From the NCBI GenBank assembly GCA_005239895.1, contig SBBB01000025.1, forward strand, positions 8,980 through 72,979: a stretch of 64,000 nucleotides of DNA, given 5' to 3'. Position 1 is the stretch's first letter; each line of letters begins with the position of its first letter. Shown piece by piece: positions 43,731 to 54,679 of the stretch. A program made the position numbers and the translations under genes. The notes beneath the pieces are model-generated. The model worked only from the letters and a program-made list of their open reading frames with translations, was not told where the DNA came from and searched no databases. The DNA is from a bacterium (GTDB lineage: Bacteria > Patescibacteriota > Patescibacteriia > SBBB01).

Positions 43731-45899
43731 TTAAAGCGTTTTATTTTTTAATTGAGCTTGATTATAATGCCAACGAATTACATTCAGGGTTTGACTATCT
43801 ATGGCGGTAATATCTATTGATTTACCAATTTCGTTTTTTACTTCTTGAATTGATTTTTGATCATTCATTCTAAGACTAGTTGTCCAAACATCTATAGCTG
43901 CTGGTAAATATTTTTTATTAAGATACCAAGTATGTTTAGCCATATCAGCCGCGGCTTGATTGTGTCCAAAAGCTGAATATAATTTAATTAATTCTAAATA
44001 AATTAATTGTTTTTTAGGACTTAATAAATTAGCTTCTAATAATATTTTTTCAGATTTTTTTATATTATTTATATTAGGATTTATTTGAGCTAACATGTTT
44101 AAAGTTGAACCCTGCAAAAGCATATAAGCGGCGTTTGGATTTGCTATTTTATTTTCTTGCTCTAGTTCATTGTTTGTAAATATTAATAATTGTTCAATTT
44201 CGTTTTTAGAATATGGACTAGATGTTGGATTTAATTTATATTCAAACCATGCGTCTTGAGTAGTTGACCACAAGTGTTTGCGGGTTTCTGTATTTCCGAA
44301 GCTATTATATTTTAAGGCCGATTGAAATTTAGCAATAATATTTTCCATAGGTTGTTTTTTTCGATAGGATTGTAAAGCTAAAATAAGTGACTTGGATTGT
44401 AAAATTGGCTTGAAATGTAAACCAATGCCAGCATATATAATTGTTAAGAAAAATATAATAGTTAATAAGGTGTAATGATATACAGGGCGTTGAGAGGTTG
44501 TGGCAGTTTGTATAGACAGTGTTTCCTCACCATCACTGGTTCTGTATTGCGTATAAGCTAAAAATGCAAAAAATAAAATATAAATATTAAAATTATCAAA
44601 TACAAATAAATTTTGAATCAAGTAGGAAGAAAACAAACCAATTAAAATCATAGTTTCTATAATATGGATTTTAGATTTATGACAATTGTATAGCAATAAC
44701 AAAATAGCGACTATAAATATGCTTAAATAACTTAGTAAGCCTAGAATTCCAGCGTTTATTAACCAGTCAAAAACAATACTATGAGCGCGATCAAACCACG
44801 CTTCGTGTCCTTCTAAATTAGGGTCAAAATGTTTTTGAAAAACTAAATAGTAATTTTCTTGTCCATATCCCAGAAATGGCTGTTCAAGAAATCCTTTCCA
44901 TGCCATTTTCCAAACCATAATTCGCGGCGTAATCGTGGAATCAGCAAGAGAATAATTAGTCAATCTGTATAAAGTTGAGTTAGATTTTATAAATTCCGTG
45001 TTTCTAAAATATATAAGTCCAGTAATTAATAAAACAATTGAAATTAAGAAGATAACCAAGCCTAGCCGCGGCAATGGCCAAGCTTGATTTTGATTGTTAG
45101 TAGACAATATTTTGTTTTGTAAATGTGGCAAATTATGGTTCTCAGTAGAAGTTTGAAATTTTTTCCAGAATACAATAGAACTTAATAAACAAAATATAGA
45201 TACTACAACTAAACTTAATACAACTCCACGCGTGAGACTTAAAACAATAATCGAAATTTGTAATAATAAAATTAAATAATATATGGGCAACACTATTTTT
45301 TTATTTGGATTTTTTTGAGATTGATAAATTAACATTAACAACAATCCTACATGAAACAATGCGTAAGCAGCTAAATAAATTGGATTTCCCAAAGTTGAAT
45401 CTACGCGTTCTATATTTAGAGCCAACCTTTGATACACAGCCTGGATAGCAATTACTACACTAACTGCTAGGGTTGAATGAAAAAATAATAACCAATCTTT
45501 ATTTTGTTTTAAAATACCAACCAAAACCATCCAATACAAATATAAATGGAAGATAGTCATAAAGCCTTCCATTCTTTCGTAATTTGAAAAAAACGCAGCC
45601 TGGGGATTAAAACTTAGCAAATCAGCTATAAATACTATAGCTATAAAAATAGTAATAGTCGTAAATAAAATCGTCATCTTCGGTCTAAATTTAGGATTAC
45701 AAATTGCTAGTACTAACCATAAACTAAAAATTATTTCAACCATGATTCTAAAGAGAAAGGTGCGTCCGGTAATATACGGAAATAGCATACTGCTTGAAAT
45801 ATAGAGTGGCAAAAACGTAATAAGGCAGAGCCCGATTTTGATAATCCATGTGTAAAGTTTTTCTAAATTTTGAATAGTTGAATTTGGTTTGATGTGCAT
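43731..45899 (-). CDS. O-antigen ligase (Wzy_C) family membrane protein with a C-terminal soluble repeat domain.
   Basis: About 12 TM helices. The periplasmic-loop motif RAHSIVFDWLINAGILG matches the H-x-x-x-(F/L)-(D/E)...G..G Wzy_C signature. The C-terminal ~250 aa are helical-repeat-like. Confidence 0.55.
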   Translation of the reverse strand: MHIKPNSTIQNLEKLYTWIIKIGLCLITFLPLYISSSMLFPYITGRTFLFRIMVEIIFSLWLVLAICNPKFRPKMTILFTTITIFIAIVFIADLLSFNPQAAFFSNYERMEGFMTIFHLYLYWMVLVGILKQNKDWLLFFHSTLAVSVVIAIQAVYQRLALNIERVDSTLGNPIYLAAYALFHVGLLLMLIYQSQKNPNKKIVLPIYYLILLLQISIIVLSLTRGVVLSLVVVSIFCLLSSIVFWKKFQTSTENHNLPHLQNKILSTNNQNQAWPLPRLGLVIFLISIVLLITGLIYFRNTEFIKSNSTLYRLTNYSLADSTITPRIMVWKMAWKGFLEQPFLGYGQENYYLVFQKHFDPNLEGHEAWFDRAHSIVFDWLINAGILGLLSYLSIFIVAILLLLYNCHKSKIHIIETMILIGLFSSYLIQNLFVFDNFNIYILFFAFLAYTQYRTSDGEETLSIQTATTSQRPVYHYTLLTIIFFLTIIYAGIGLHFKPILQSKSLILALQSYRKKQPMENIIAKFQSALKYNSFGNTETRKHLWSTTQDAWFEYKLNPTSSPYSKNEIEQLLIFTNNELEQENKIANPNAAYMLLQGSTLNMLAQINPNINNIKKSEKILLEANLLSPKKQLIYLELIKLYSAFGHNQAAADMAKHTWYLNKKYLPAAIDVWTTSLRMNDQKSIQEVKNEIGKSIDITAIDSQTLNVIRWHYNQAQLKNKTL

Positions 45900-45903
45900 A
45901 TTG

Positions 45904-47055
45904 TTATACTGTTTGTTTAGATATATTTAATAAAATACCAATACCAGCCATAGCTGAAATTAAAGCTGTTCCACCATAACTAATAAATGGGAGTGGAATA
46001 CCTGTTAAGGGCATTAAATTAGATATACCCATAATATTTAAAAAAGCTTGACATAAAATCCACGCTACAATGCCCGTAGCTATTAATCTACCAAATAAAT
46101 CTGGGGCTTTTTTGGCAATTAGTAATCCTCGATACATGAAAATTAAAAATATAACAATAATTCCAGCGCTAATCAAAAAACCTAATTCTTCCGCTACAAT
46201 CGCGAAAGTTGAATCAGCGAGTACTTCGGGAAGATATTGAAACTTTTGTCGCGACTCGCCAAACCCTCTACCCAATAAACCACCGGAACCAATAGCTAGC
46301 AAAGCCTGATTAATTTGATAGCCACTACCCTGAGGATCTAGTTCGGGGTGCAAAAAAACATTTAAACGTTGCATGCGATAAGGCGCCATATTCATTGCAA
46401 TTCCTATAAGTATTATAGCAATCAGGCCAGTTAATATAAAATATCTTATTTTTACTTCAGCTATAAAACACATTGCGGCTACTATAAAAAATAAAATTAA
46501 CAGAGTTCCGACATCGGGTTGAGCTAAAATTAAACCAAAAATTGTACTGACTATAGTTATAACGGATATATAACGCCAAATATTTATTTTAAATTTAGTT
46601 TTAGAATAACGATAATTAGTGCGAGAACTGTCGTCCTCTTTAGGTCTGTCTTTATATTTATCAAACCAAGCGGCTAAATAAATAATTAATAATAATTTTA
46701 TTATTTCTGCTGGTTGTATAGTTATAAACCCTAAATTAATCCAGCTTTTAGATGAGGCATGCGTTAAACTTAGGGGTGGAATAAGTGCCATGGTTAATAA
46801 AGCTACACCAAAAACGATTAAATATAATGAAATTTTTTTTAAAAATTTATAATTTATGTAATAAAGAGCGGTTAAAACCAAAACACCGGGTAGTAAACCT
46901 AACAATAATTGATGTTTTAAATAATAGTAAACATCATCCGATCTTTTATAAGCTTTAACCACACTTACCGAAGAGAACATAACTATTCCAAAAATAATCA
47001 GAATAGCTAAACTGATAATAATAATATAATCTGGTTTATGGTGAGCCAAATGCAT
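45904..47055 (-). CDS. SEDS-family peptidoglycan polymerase (FtsW/RodA/SpoVE).
   Basis: NQALLAIGSGGLLGRGFGESRQKFQYLPEVLADSTFAIVAEELGF. Confidence 0.8.
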   Translation of the reverse strand: MHLAHHKPDYIIIISLAILIIFGIVMFSSVSVVKAYKRSDDVYYYLKHQLLLGLLPGVLVLTALYYINYKFLKKISLYLIVFGVALLTMALIPPLSLTHASSKSWINLGFITIQPAEIIKLLLIIYLAAWFDKYKDRPKEDDSSRTNYRYSKTKFKINIWRYISVITIVSTIFGLILAQPDVGTLLILFFIVAAMCFIAEVKIRYFILTGLIAIILIGIAMNMAPYRMQRLNVFLHPELDPQGSGYQINQALLAIGSGGLLGRGFGESRQKFQYLPEVLADSTFAIVAEELGFLISAGIIVIFLIFMYRGLLIAKKAPDLFGRLIATGIVAWILCQAFLNIMGISNLMPLTGIPLPFISYGGTALISAMAGIGILLNISKQTV

Positions 47056-47070
47056 ATTTTTAATATTATC

Positions 47071-48114
47071 TTAAGACATTCTATCCACTAAAAATATAAT
47101 TAAACCCGCCATACTACTAATAGCAGATATAATCCATAAACGCATAACAATTCTTGGCTCTCCCCAACCCTTAAATTCTAGGGTGTGATGAATCGGTGTA
47201 GATGGAAAAATTTTAGTATTAAATAATTTTTTGGAAGCGGTTTGCATTATAACTGATACGGATTCAGCCACTAAAACCAAACCAATAATAGGCAATAATA
47301 AAACCGCATTAGTTAAAATAGAAATAATTCCTAGAGTTACGCCCAAAGACATTGATCCTGTGTCTCCCATAAAAAAACGAGCTGGATGAATATTAAACCA
47401 TAGAAAAGCTAACAAAGCCCCTACCAATACTCCGCATAAAGTGGCTAGATTATATTTGTGTTGTATAAAAGCAATAGAACCATAAGAAGTTAAAGCAAAC
47501 AATAAAACTCCACCCGCCAAACCATCTAATCCATCAGTTAAATTAACTGAGAAAGATGTAGCAACTATAATAAAAATAAAAACCAAAATATATAGAATTC
47601 CAATATCATAATTTCCCATAAAAGGTATATAAATACTTGTCCACTGTAATTTAAAATAAAACCACCAGGCCCCAAAAGCCGCAATTAACGTATATAAAAT
47701 AACCCGGTCTTTAACCCTTAATCCTTTATTGTCTTGACCCAAGCCATAAATTTCCCACAAATCATCCACTAATCCAACTAGAGCGGAAGCAAATAAAGCA
47801 CCTAGGGGTAAATAAGTTTCTTCGCGATTTATAAAATTTAAATATGCAAGAAACGATTCGGGGAAAAGCTTGGATGCTAAAAGAAATACCCCTGAAACAA
47901 TTAACACGGTTACCCATATTAATATTCCACCCATGGTGGGAGTATTTTTTTTAGAAGAATGAAGTTTAGAAAAAATAGGAGTGTCTTTAGATGTGCGTAT
48001 TTTTTTATAAAATTGATTTTTATATAAAAAATTACTAAAACAGGGCGTTAAAGCTAAACTAATCAAAAAAGCAATGGTAGTTAAAAATAAAATTTTAATA
48101 ATTTCAATTTGCAT
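47071..48114 (-). CDS. mraY: Phospho-N-acetylmuramoyl-pentapeptide transferase.
   Basis: KKNTPTMGG, NLTDGLDGLAGG and FMGDTGS. Confidence 0.8.
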   Translation of the reverse strand: MQIEIIKILFLTTIAFLISLALTPCFSNFLYKNQFYKKIRTSKDTPIFSKLHSSKKNTPTMGGILIWVTVLIVSGVFLLASKLFPESFLAYLNFINREETYLPLGALFASALVGLVDDLWEIYGLGQDNKGLRVKDRVILYTLIAAFGAWWFYFKLQWTSIYIPFMGNYDIGILYILVFIFIIVATSFSVNLTDGLDGLAGGVLLFALTSYGSIAFIQHKYNLATLCGVLVGALLAFLWFNIHPARFFMGDTGSMSLGVTLGIISILTNAVLLLPIIGLVLVAESVSVIMQTASKKLFNTKIFPSTPIHHTLEFKGWGEPRIVMRLWIISAISSMAGLIIFLVDRMS

Positions 48115-48117
48115 AAT

Positions 48118-48486
48118 TTAACTATTTACATAAACAACTAAAATACTAAACATAAAGAGTAATATAGATACTAGCATAGTTATAATCATTAAGAAATGAC
48201 TTAATAGTTTAGTTCGAATATATAATATATACGCCAATATTATGTTAGTTAGGGTAATAAAGAAAGACAGAAAAAAAATTATTAATATTCTATACGGAGA
48301 ACCTATAAAATCTACACCCAAGGTAACACTATAGCGCAATACAGCCAAATCTATATGATAAGGCATTTTGAAAAACACATACCCTAAATGCGTTAAATTG
48401 AGAATTATAATTAAAGAAACCGTTGTGGCTATAATTTTATCTCTTAAAAAGAATCTGCAGGATGGCGTTTCAATAAAAAATAGCAT
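48118..48486 (-). CDS. Small polytopic membrane protein.
   Basis: Hydrophobic ORF between the two GT4 genes. Confidence 0.3.
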   Translation of the reverse strand: MLFFIETPSCRFFLRDKIIATTVSLIIILNLTHLGYVFFKMPYHIDLAVLRYSVTLGVDFIGSPYRILIIFFLSFFITLTNIILAYILYIRTKLLSHFLMIITMLVSILLFMFSILVVYVNS

Positions 48487-48492
48487 AGAAAA

Positions 48493-49596
48493 TTATTTAT
48501 AAAAACTTGTTTTTTTATGTATAATATAAACCGTTAAAAACATAATAATTAATAATATAATAAAAGCTATTAGTTTGCCATAGGTTTTTAAAAATAACGC
48601 GCTAATTCCAAAAACAAAAGAACAAAACAAAAAAAACATTACAACCTGACGAGGCGTTAGTCCCCTATCTAATAATTTAAAATGCAAATGTTTGCGATCG
48701 GGTTTAGTAAGACTAGAACGATCAATAATTTTGCGTTTAATTATAATCCAGACAACATCCATTATGGGTAGACCCAGAATTAGCACAGTGGTTGCTATTT
48801 TTCCTCCGGCAATAATAGATAATACACCCAATATAAAACCAAGAAATAAACTACCACCTTCACCCAAAAATATTTTAGCTGGAGGAAAATTAAAAATAAA
48901 AAATCCCAAACAAACTCCGCTAAAAATAATAGCTAGCATAGCTGTTCCGACTTGATTTACAGGTGGAAAAATGCTCAGCAGAAAAATAATAAAGCCACCC
49001 ACAAAACCAAGTCCCGACACCAATCCATCTACGCCATCTAATAATTTAGTAGTGTACATTATTCCTAATAACCAACAAAATATTAATATATCCGCTAAGG
49101 GTACAATATAGAAGGGTATTTCATTCCATCTAAAAATTTCAAACTTATAATTGTCTAAACGGTAAACTCCACCCAAAGGATTAGTAATAAAATTAATATC
49201 AATACCACTCATAAGAATAATTAAGGCCGCTAAGCATGGAAATATAAGTTGTTGCCAATATTTTAATTTATATTTATCGTCTAAAAAACCACCGATAATT
49301 AATATTAGTCCTCCTAAAAATATACCTATTATATATTTCGGTAGAATATAATTATGAGTCCAAACGACGCTGGAATTATATATTAAAATTCCTAATATTA
49401 TAAAAAAAGAGCTAAAAATAGCTGTACCACCTAAAAGGGGTGTAGGTTTAGTATGAAATTTTCGAATTTTATCGGGTATATCTATAATTTGTAATTTTAA
49501 GGCTATATTTTTTACAACTGGTGTAATCAAACCCGACACTAGCACAGAGCTTAAAAAAAATATCACAAAATAATAAATATGTGCTGCAAGTATCAT
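48493..49596 (-). CDS. Glycosyltransferase family 4 polyprenyl-phosphate sugar-1-phosphate transferase (WecA/TagO-like).
   Basis: KPTPLLGG, LLDGVDGL and FLGEGGS; a paralog of mraY. Confidence 0.7.
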   Translation of the reverse strand: MILAAHIYYFVIFFLSSVLVSGLITPVVKNIALKLQIIDIPDKIRKFHTKPTPLLGGTAIFSSFFIILGILIYNSSVVWTHNYILPKYIIGIFLGGLILIIGGFLDDKYKLKYWQQLIFPCLAALIILMSGIDINFITNPLGGVYRLDNYKFEIFRWNEIPFYIVPLADILIFCWLLGIMYTTKLLDGVDGLVSGLGFVGGFIIFLLSIFPPVNQVGTAMLAIIFSGVCLGFFIFNFPPAKIFLGEGGSLFLGFILGVLSIIAGGKIATTVLILGLPIMDVVWIIIKRKIIDRSSLTKPDRKHLHFKLLDRGLTPRQVVMFFLFCSFVFGISALFLKTYGKLIAFIILLIIMFLTVYIIHKKTSFYK

Positions 49597-49608
49597 AATT
49601 AAAAATTG

Positions 49609-50526
49609 TTAGACCAAGCTAGATAAATATTTTTCTACATCCATAGCAGCTTTACATCCCATGCCAGCAGCTGTGATGGCTTGGCGATAAGTATGATCAG
49701 CCACATCTCCAGCCACAAAAACGCCGGGAATGTTTGTTCGGGTTTGGTTGCTCACAATAATATAACCCTTAGGGTCTAAATCTATTTGATCCTTAAAAAT
49801 TTCCGTATGAGGTTTATGTCCTATGGTTATAAAAACGCCGTTTACGGGTATTTCCTGAATTTCTAGGGTTTTAATATTTTTAATTTTAAGGCCCGTGACG
49901 CAATCGGACCCTAATATTTCTTCCACGCAAGAATCTAATTTAAAAACAATTTTAGGATTATTAAACGCCCGATTTTGCATAATTTTAGATGCTCGCAGTT
50001 GGTCGCGTCTGTGAATTACAGTTACTTTGTTCGCAAATTTAGTCAGGAATAAGGCTTCTTCCATGGCGCTATCTCCTCCTCCAATTATAGCCACTTCTTT
50101 ATTGGTAAAAAAATAACCATCACAAGTGGCACAATTACTAACCCCTCTACCAATCAGTCTTTGTTCCGATTCTAACCCCAGCCAAATTGAACCTGATCCT
50201 GTCGCGATAATAATAGACTGAGATTCAAACGTTTCTTGGCGAGTAGTAACCCTAAAATTTTTTTGTGTAAAATCAACACTTTCCACGTCTTCGTTTAAAA
50301 TTGTTCCTCCAAAACGTTCGCATTGTTTTTGCATTGCCAAAATTAGATCCGGACCCATAATACCATCTACAAAACCCGGAAAATTTTCTACGAGGGTTGT
50401 TAAGGTTAATTGTCCACCGGGTTTATTGCCAGCTAGAATTAAAGGTGCTAAATTTGCTCTAGCTGTATAAATACCAGCTGTTAAACCCGCGCAACCTGCT
50501 CCTAAAATAATAACTTTTTTTAACAT
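49609..50526 (-). CDS. trxB: Thioredoxin reductase.
   Basis: GAGCAG FAD motif; redox-active CATCDG. Confidence 0.85.
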   Translation of the reverse strand: MLKKVIILGAGCAGLTAGIYTARANLAPLILAGNKPGGQLTLTTLVENFPGFVDGIMGPDLILAMQKQCERFGGTILNEDVESVDFTQKNFRVTTRQETFESQSIIIATGSGSIWLGLESEQRLIGRGVSNCATCDGYFFTNKEVAIIGGGDSAMEEALFLTKFANKVTVIHRRDQLRASKIMQNRAFNNPKIVFKLDSCVEEILGSDCVTGLKIKNIKTLEIQEIPVNGVFITIGHKPHTEIFKDQIDLDPKGYIIVSNQTRTNIPGVFVAGDVADHTYRQAITAAGMGCKAAMDVEKYLSSLV

Positions 50527-50533
50527 AGTTAAG

Positions 50534-50725
50534 TTATTTTTTTAATAATTGAAGCCCTGTATAAGCTAAAAAACCAGCAAATATAACCGCAATGACACTA
50601 AACCACATGGGTATAGCACGGTCACCAAAGTTTACCTGAACATCAAACACAATTCTCAGCGAGTGTAAAATAGTCACAATTGTAAAAAATATACTCGCAA
50701 CTAAAATAAATATTTTTTGAGACAT
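50534..50725 (-). CDS. Small two-TM membrane protein.
   Basis: Hydrophobic 63-aa ORF. Confidence 0.3.
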   Translation of the reverse strand: MSQKIFILVASIFFTIVTILHSLRIVFDVQVNFGDRAIPMWFSVIAVIFAGFLAYTGLQLLKK

Positions 50726-50757
50726 ATAATTGTATAAATAAAATTTAAAGTTTAAAA

Positions 50758-51228
50758 CTATCTAGCGCTATAAATTATTATTCCGCGTTCACTATAAATT
50801 GAACAAACTGATATTTTTTCATTTATATTTTTAATTATTTTATATCCCGTGCCATTAGGATTAGTGTTATTAGGATCCATAGGTAGGGTTGTTAAATATT
50901 GATCATTTATAGTTAAAGACGACAAATTGGTTAAATCTTTACAATTGCCTCCGGTTTTACATATTTCAGTTTTAGGACTAGATTCCCAACAGGATTCACT
51001 AGATATCATAATATTTGGTTCAATATATCCATTATTATTTACACCTTGTTGATATACAGCATTTAAAATATTGTTTACATCTATTTTTCGCTGCGCATTA
51101 CGTATGTCCGCTTTTTGTCTATTGGGATTAATCGCTAAAATAATCACAGTAATCAAAATGGTAATACCGGCCATAATAAGAAAAAATTGAAAACAATTAA
51201 ATTTTAGATTATTTTTTAAAATATTCAT
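50758..51228 (-). CDS. Type IV pilin-like membrane-anchored protein with a non-canonical leader.
   Basis: N-terminal TM helix followed by LAINPNRQKADIRNAQRKI, resembling the pilin alpha-1 region. Cys pairs in the C-terminal region. The canonical G-F-T-L-I-E prepilin motif is absent. Confidence 0.3.
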   Translation of the reverse strand: MNILKNNLKFNCFQFFLIMAGITILITVIILAINPNRQKADIRNAQRKIDVNNILNAVYQQGVNNNGYIEPNIMISSESCWESSPKTEICKTGGNCKDLTNLSSLTINDQYLTTLPMDPNNTNPNGTGYKIIKNINEKISVCSIYSERGIIIYSAR

Positions 51229-51329
51229 ATTAGAAAGTTTATAAAGTTGAAGGTTAGAAAGTTTATAAAGTTATAACTTTATACTTTTTACTTTATAACT
51301 TTTAACTAGTAAGACAATTATATCACACT

Positions 51330-53282
51330 TTAATCTTTTGTTAGAGCGTGTACTATAGATTTGCGTTTATACCATTCTAAAAGCACTTCTTTGGCAATGG
51401 GTACTGCCACAGCTGAACCCTCTCCAGCTTCTTCAGCTAAAACCGTAATAATTACTTCTGGTTTTTCATAAGGAGCAAACCCCGTAAACCAGGAATGAGG
51501 TGGTTTATTGATACTAGTTTGGGCTGTTCCGGTTTTACCAGCCACACTAAATGGCAAATCTTTTAATTTAATAGCCGTGCCCGAAAGTACAGCATTGCGC
51601 ATTCCAAGTTTTACAATATCTAAATTTTTTTGAGATATTGAAATTATGGTGTCACCATAAGTTGTATTGTTAATATTAGCTGTTTCTCCATATTTAACTA
51701 GTAAATGAGGTTGATGTAAAATACCATTATTAGCTATTATTCCTGTAAATATATTGACCTGCAAAGGCGTAACTAACATATATCCATGACCAATTGATAA
51801 ATTATAAGTATCGCCTATGTACCATTTGTTATTTGGTTTACTTTTTGAAGGGCCTGAAGGCAAAAAGCCTATTTTTTCATTAGGTAAATCAATATAACTT
51901 TTATTCCCTATTCCAAATAATTTATAATACTGGAGTAAGGCTTCAACTCCCAAGGGTTTAATTTTGGTATAATTTGCGTGTCCACCACTTATAACATAAT
52001 AAAAAGAATTTACAGATTCAGCTAAGGCTCGATCTACAGTTACAAAACCATGTCCTCCCTTTTTCCAATCTGGGAAAAAGAAACCTCCAGACATTATACC
52101 TCCTGTGCTGTTAATGGTGGTGTCTTGGTTTATAACATTTTTTTCTAAAGCCGCTAAAGATATAATGGGTTTAACCACTGAGCCAGGCTGATATTCACCA
52201 CTAATAGCCCTATTAAATAAAGGCTGATATTTGTTGGTAATTAGGGCCTGATAATCATTTTTACTAAAACCAGTAATAAAGTCATTATTATTAAATCCCG
52301 GTAAACTAACTAGGCTTAAAATTTCTCCGTTTTGAGCGCTTTGAAGCACAATAATTCCCCGACCGCTATATTTTGTGTGATTAGCTAAAATACTTTCAGC
52401 CTTGTTTTGTAACTCACTATCAATAGACAACCAAATATTTTTACCCGGTGTAGGCGGTTTTTCTTGATAAATTCTTTCAACAATCCCCGTAGCGTTTACT
52501 TCCATTTTTTGAACACCATTAGTGCCACGCAAATAATTATTGTATTGAGATTCTATCCCCACTACTCCAGCTATATCCAACCACCATTTGTTAGGATATT
52601 GTTTGGTTTTAAAATCCGCGTTAGAAATTTTATTTGTGTATCCCAGAATATGCGACAAGCTTAAGTTATTTTGTTTGGAAACAGTTAAATAATTTCGCTG
52701 AAGAATGGTTTCCATGGCCACACCCGGCAAATCAGCTATTTTAATATACAAATTTAGGGCAGCTTCATGCCCCAAGCTATTAGCTAGCACAATGGGTTCG
52801 TTTACGATTTTATGGTTTAATAATTTATCAATAGCTGTTTCAGTTGTTTTATCTATTTCAACCAGTTTTTTAGCAGCTAATAAAACTTTAGTTTTGTGAA
52901 TTTTATCTTTAGGTAATGCGACGGGATCTATATACAAAGTCATACGAGGTGTATTTTCAGCTAAAATGATATTATTTTTATCATAAATAATGCCTCTGGG
53001 CGCTGAAATAATTTTAACCTTAGTGCGGTTTTCTTCGGCCAAAGCAATATAGCGGTCTTTATAAATTGTGTTTAAAAACACCACTCTTATTAGTAAAATG
53101 GAAATTATAGTATATAGCACAATTTGTAATATTATAATTTTGGTTGTATTTTTAGCTGCGCGTACATTGGTGGCTAAAAATTTTTTAGGGACAAATAAAT
53201 CATCAGCTTCTAAATACGAAGCTGATACTATATTGCGTTTCGAGAAAATAAATTTTTGTATTTTTTTAAGAATATTGGACAT
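51330..53282 (-). CDS. mrdA: Penicillin-binding protein 2 (elongasome transpeptidase).
   Basis: SVVKP (SxxK) and KTGTA; sits downstream of mreBCD. Confidence 0.85.
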   Translation of the reverse strand: MSNILKKIQKFIFSKRNIVSASYLEADDLFVPKKFLATNVRAAKNTTKIIILQIVLYTIISILLIRVVFLNTIYKDRYIALAEENRTKVKIISAPRGIIYDKNNIILAENTPRMTLYIDPVALPKDKIHKTKVLLAAKKLVEIDKTTETAIDKLLNHKIVNEPIVLANSLGHEAALNLYIKIADLPGVAMETILQRNYLTVSKQNNLSLSHILGYTNKISNADFKTKQYPNKWWLDIAGVVGIESQYNNYLRGTNGVQKMEVNATGIVERIYQEKPPTPGKNIWLSIDSELQNKAESILANHTKYSGRGIIVLQSAQNGEILSLVSLPGFNNNDFITGFSKNDYQALITNKYQPLFNRAISGEYQPGSVVKPIISLAALEKNVINQDTTINSTGGIMSGGFFFPDWKKGGHGFVTVDRALAESVNSFYYVISGGHANYTKIKPLGVEALLQYYKLFGIGNKSYIDLPNEKIGFLPSGPSKSKPNNKWYIGDTYNLSIGHGYMLVTPLQVNIFTGIIANNGILHQPHLLVKYGETANINNTTYGDTIISISQKNLDIVKLGMRNAVLSGTAIKLKDLPFSVAGKTGTAQTSINKPPHSWFTGFAPYEKPEVIITVLAEEAGEGSAVAVPIAKEVLLEWYKRKSIVHALTKD

Positions 53283-53763
53283 ATCTTGGCGTTCGCAAGG
53301 GTTTAAAGTATTTAAACATTTTATAAATCAAGGTAGTCAAAATGGTGTTTATTAAAATACCATGATGAGCATATATAAAAATTTTATAATCCACATAAGA
53401 TAATATTATAGCTTTAAATAAAAATAATAAAGCTAAAAACACGATATATCCTAAAAGAAAGAATATTATAAATCCATATATGGTTTCATAAACTGAAAAA
53501 TATTGTAATATATAAGATAAGATACTTAAAGTAATTAGTAAACTACCACCTAAAACCAGCATTTCATAAGGAGCGTCTAGGCTTAATAAAACTGTGGTTA
53601 AAAGACCCCATATTAAACCCAGCTTGCGATTATTAATAATTAAAAATATAGACACTAATAATAGGACGTTAATGTGATTTAGAGGATAAGGAAGTAAATA
53701 TATAAAACTTGAATAACTGAACGCCACCAAGGGTATAGATAAAATATAAAAAGTAAAGTACAT
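53266..53763 (-). CDS. mreD: Rod shape-determining protein MreD-like.
   Basis: Polytopic, small, and positioned between mreC and mrdA. Confidence 0.5.
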   Translation of the reverse strand: MYFTFYILSIPLVAFSYSSFIYLLPYPLNHINVLLLVSIFLIINNRKLGLIWGLLTTVLLSLDAPYEMLVLGGSLLITLSILSYILQYFSVYETIYGFIIFFLLGYIVFLALLFLFKAIILSYVDYKIFIYAHHGILINTILTTLIYKMFKYFKPLRTPRYVQYS

Positions 53764-53768
53764 AATAA

Positions 53769-54641
53769 TTATAAATTAGGGCGAGGCGCTACAACTGCTA
53801 AAAAACGAATAAATTCAGGTTGATAAAATAATTCTAAAACCGCGCTTTGCCAGGCATCGGTGGTAATATCTGGCAGGCTTTTAACCGTACCTAAGATTAA
53901 ATTTTTAGGAACATTTTCTTCTAATCCCGATGTTATAACCAAATCATTGATATCAATATTGTTTTTTTTAGATATTAGTTCCGCTTTGGCGCTTAAACCA
54001 TATGATCCACTTATGACACCTAGAGCGGCTTCACCGCCTTGGTTTAATATAAGCGCGCTGATTCGGGATAATTCGTGGGTTAATAATCTTACTTCCGAAG
54101 TATTTTTATTCACCCTAATTAGTTTTCCAATTACTATTCCGCCCTGATAAGTAGTAATATTAAAATTAGTATTTGTAGGTGGAATTACAACTGCCAATCC
54201 ATTAATCAACCCGTCTGTACTTCCCTTGTTAATAATTAGGGTTGCTAAATTGTCTACTCCCGATACCCCCACAACTTCCGTAAAAATATAATTATAATTT
54301 TTAGGCTTAGAAAGTTTCGTTAATTCGGACAAAGCCTTATAATCATTTTCTAAACTTTTTAATTTTTCATAATCAATGAAAACCGTATTTAATTGGGCGC
54401 GTAATTGGTGATTATCATTATATAATTTTTTATATTGTAAAAAACTTAATTCTTCGCTCACGCTTTGCCCAAATTCACGGGTTTGTTGTTTAAGTGGTAA
54501 GATAAAATTATTTACAACCTTATAATAAAAGGTTGTAAGGTTTATTAGATTTAGTAAAGCTATTATAATGATAATACCTAAGATTAATAATAAAATTTGT
54601 AAATTTTTCTTTTTAAATTTAGGATTAATATTAAATATCAT
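53769..54641 (-). CDS. mreC: Rod shape-determining protein MreC.
   Basis: N-terminal TM helix, a coiled-coil, then a beta-rich domain; lies in the mreBCD context. Confidence 0.7.
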   Translation of the reverse strand: MIFNINPKFKKKNLQILLLILGIIIIIALLNLINLTTFYYKVVNNFILPLKQQTREFGQSVSEELSFLQYKKLYNDNHQLRAQLNTVFIDYEKLKSLENDYKALSELTKLSKPKNYNYIFTEVVGVSGVDNLATLIINKGSTDGLINGLAVVIPPTNTNFNITTYQGGIVIGKLIRVNKNTSEVRLLTHELSRISALILNQGGEAALGVISGSYGLSAKAELISKKNNIDINDLVITSGLEENVPKNLILGTVKSLPDITTDAWQSAVLELFYQPEFIRFLAVVAPRPNL

Positions 54642-54679
54642 ATTTAATGCAATTTAATTGCCGTTTTAATTGATAGATA

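Noticed and set aside
50758-51228. Canonical type IV prepilin.
   Set aside because: The N-terminus lacks the G-F-T-L-I-E class III signal (no Gly at -1, no Glu at +5), although the following helix resembles pilin alpha-1.
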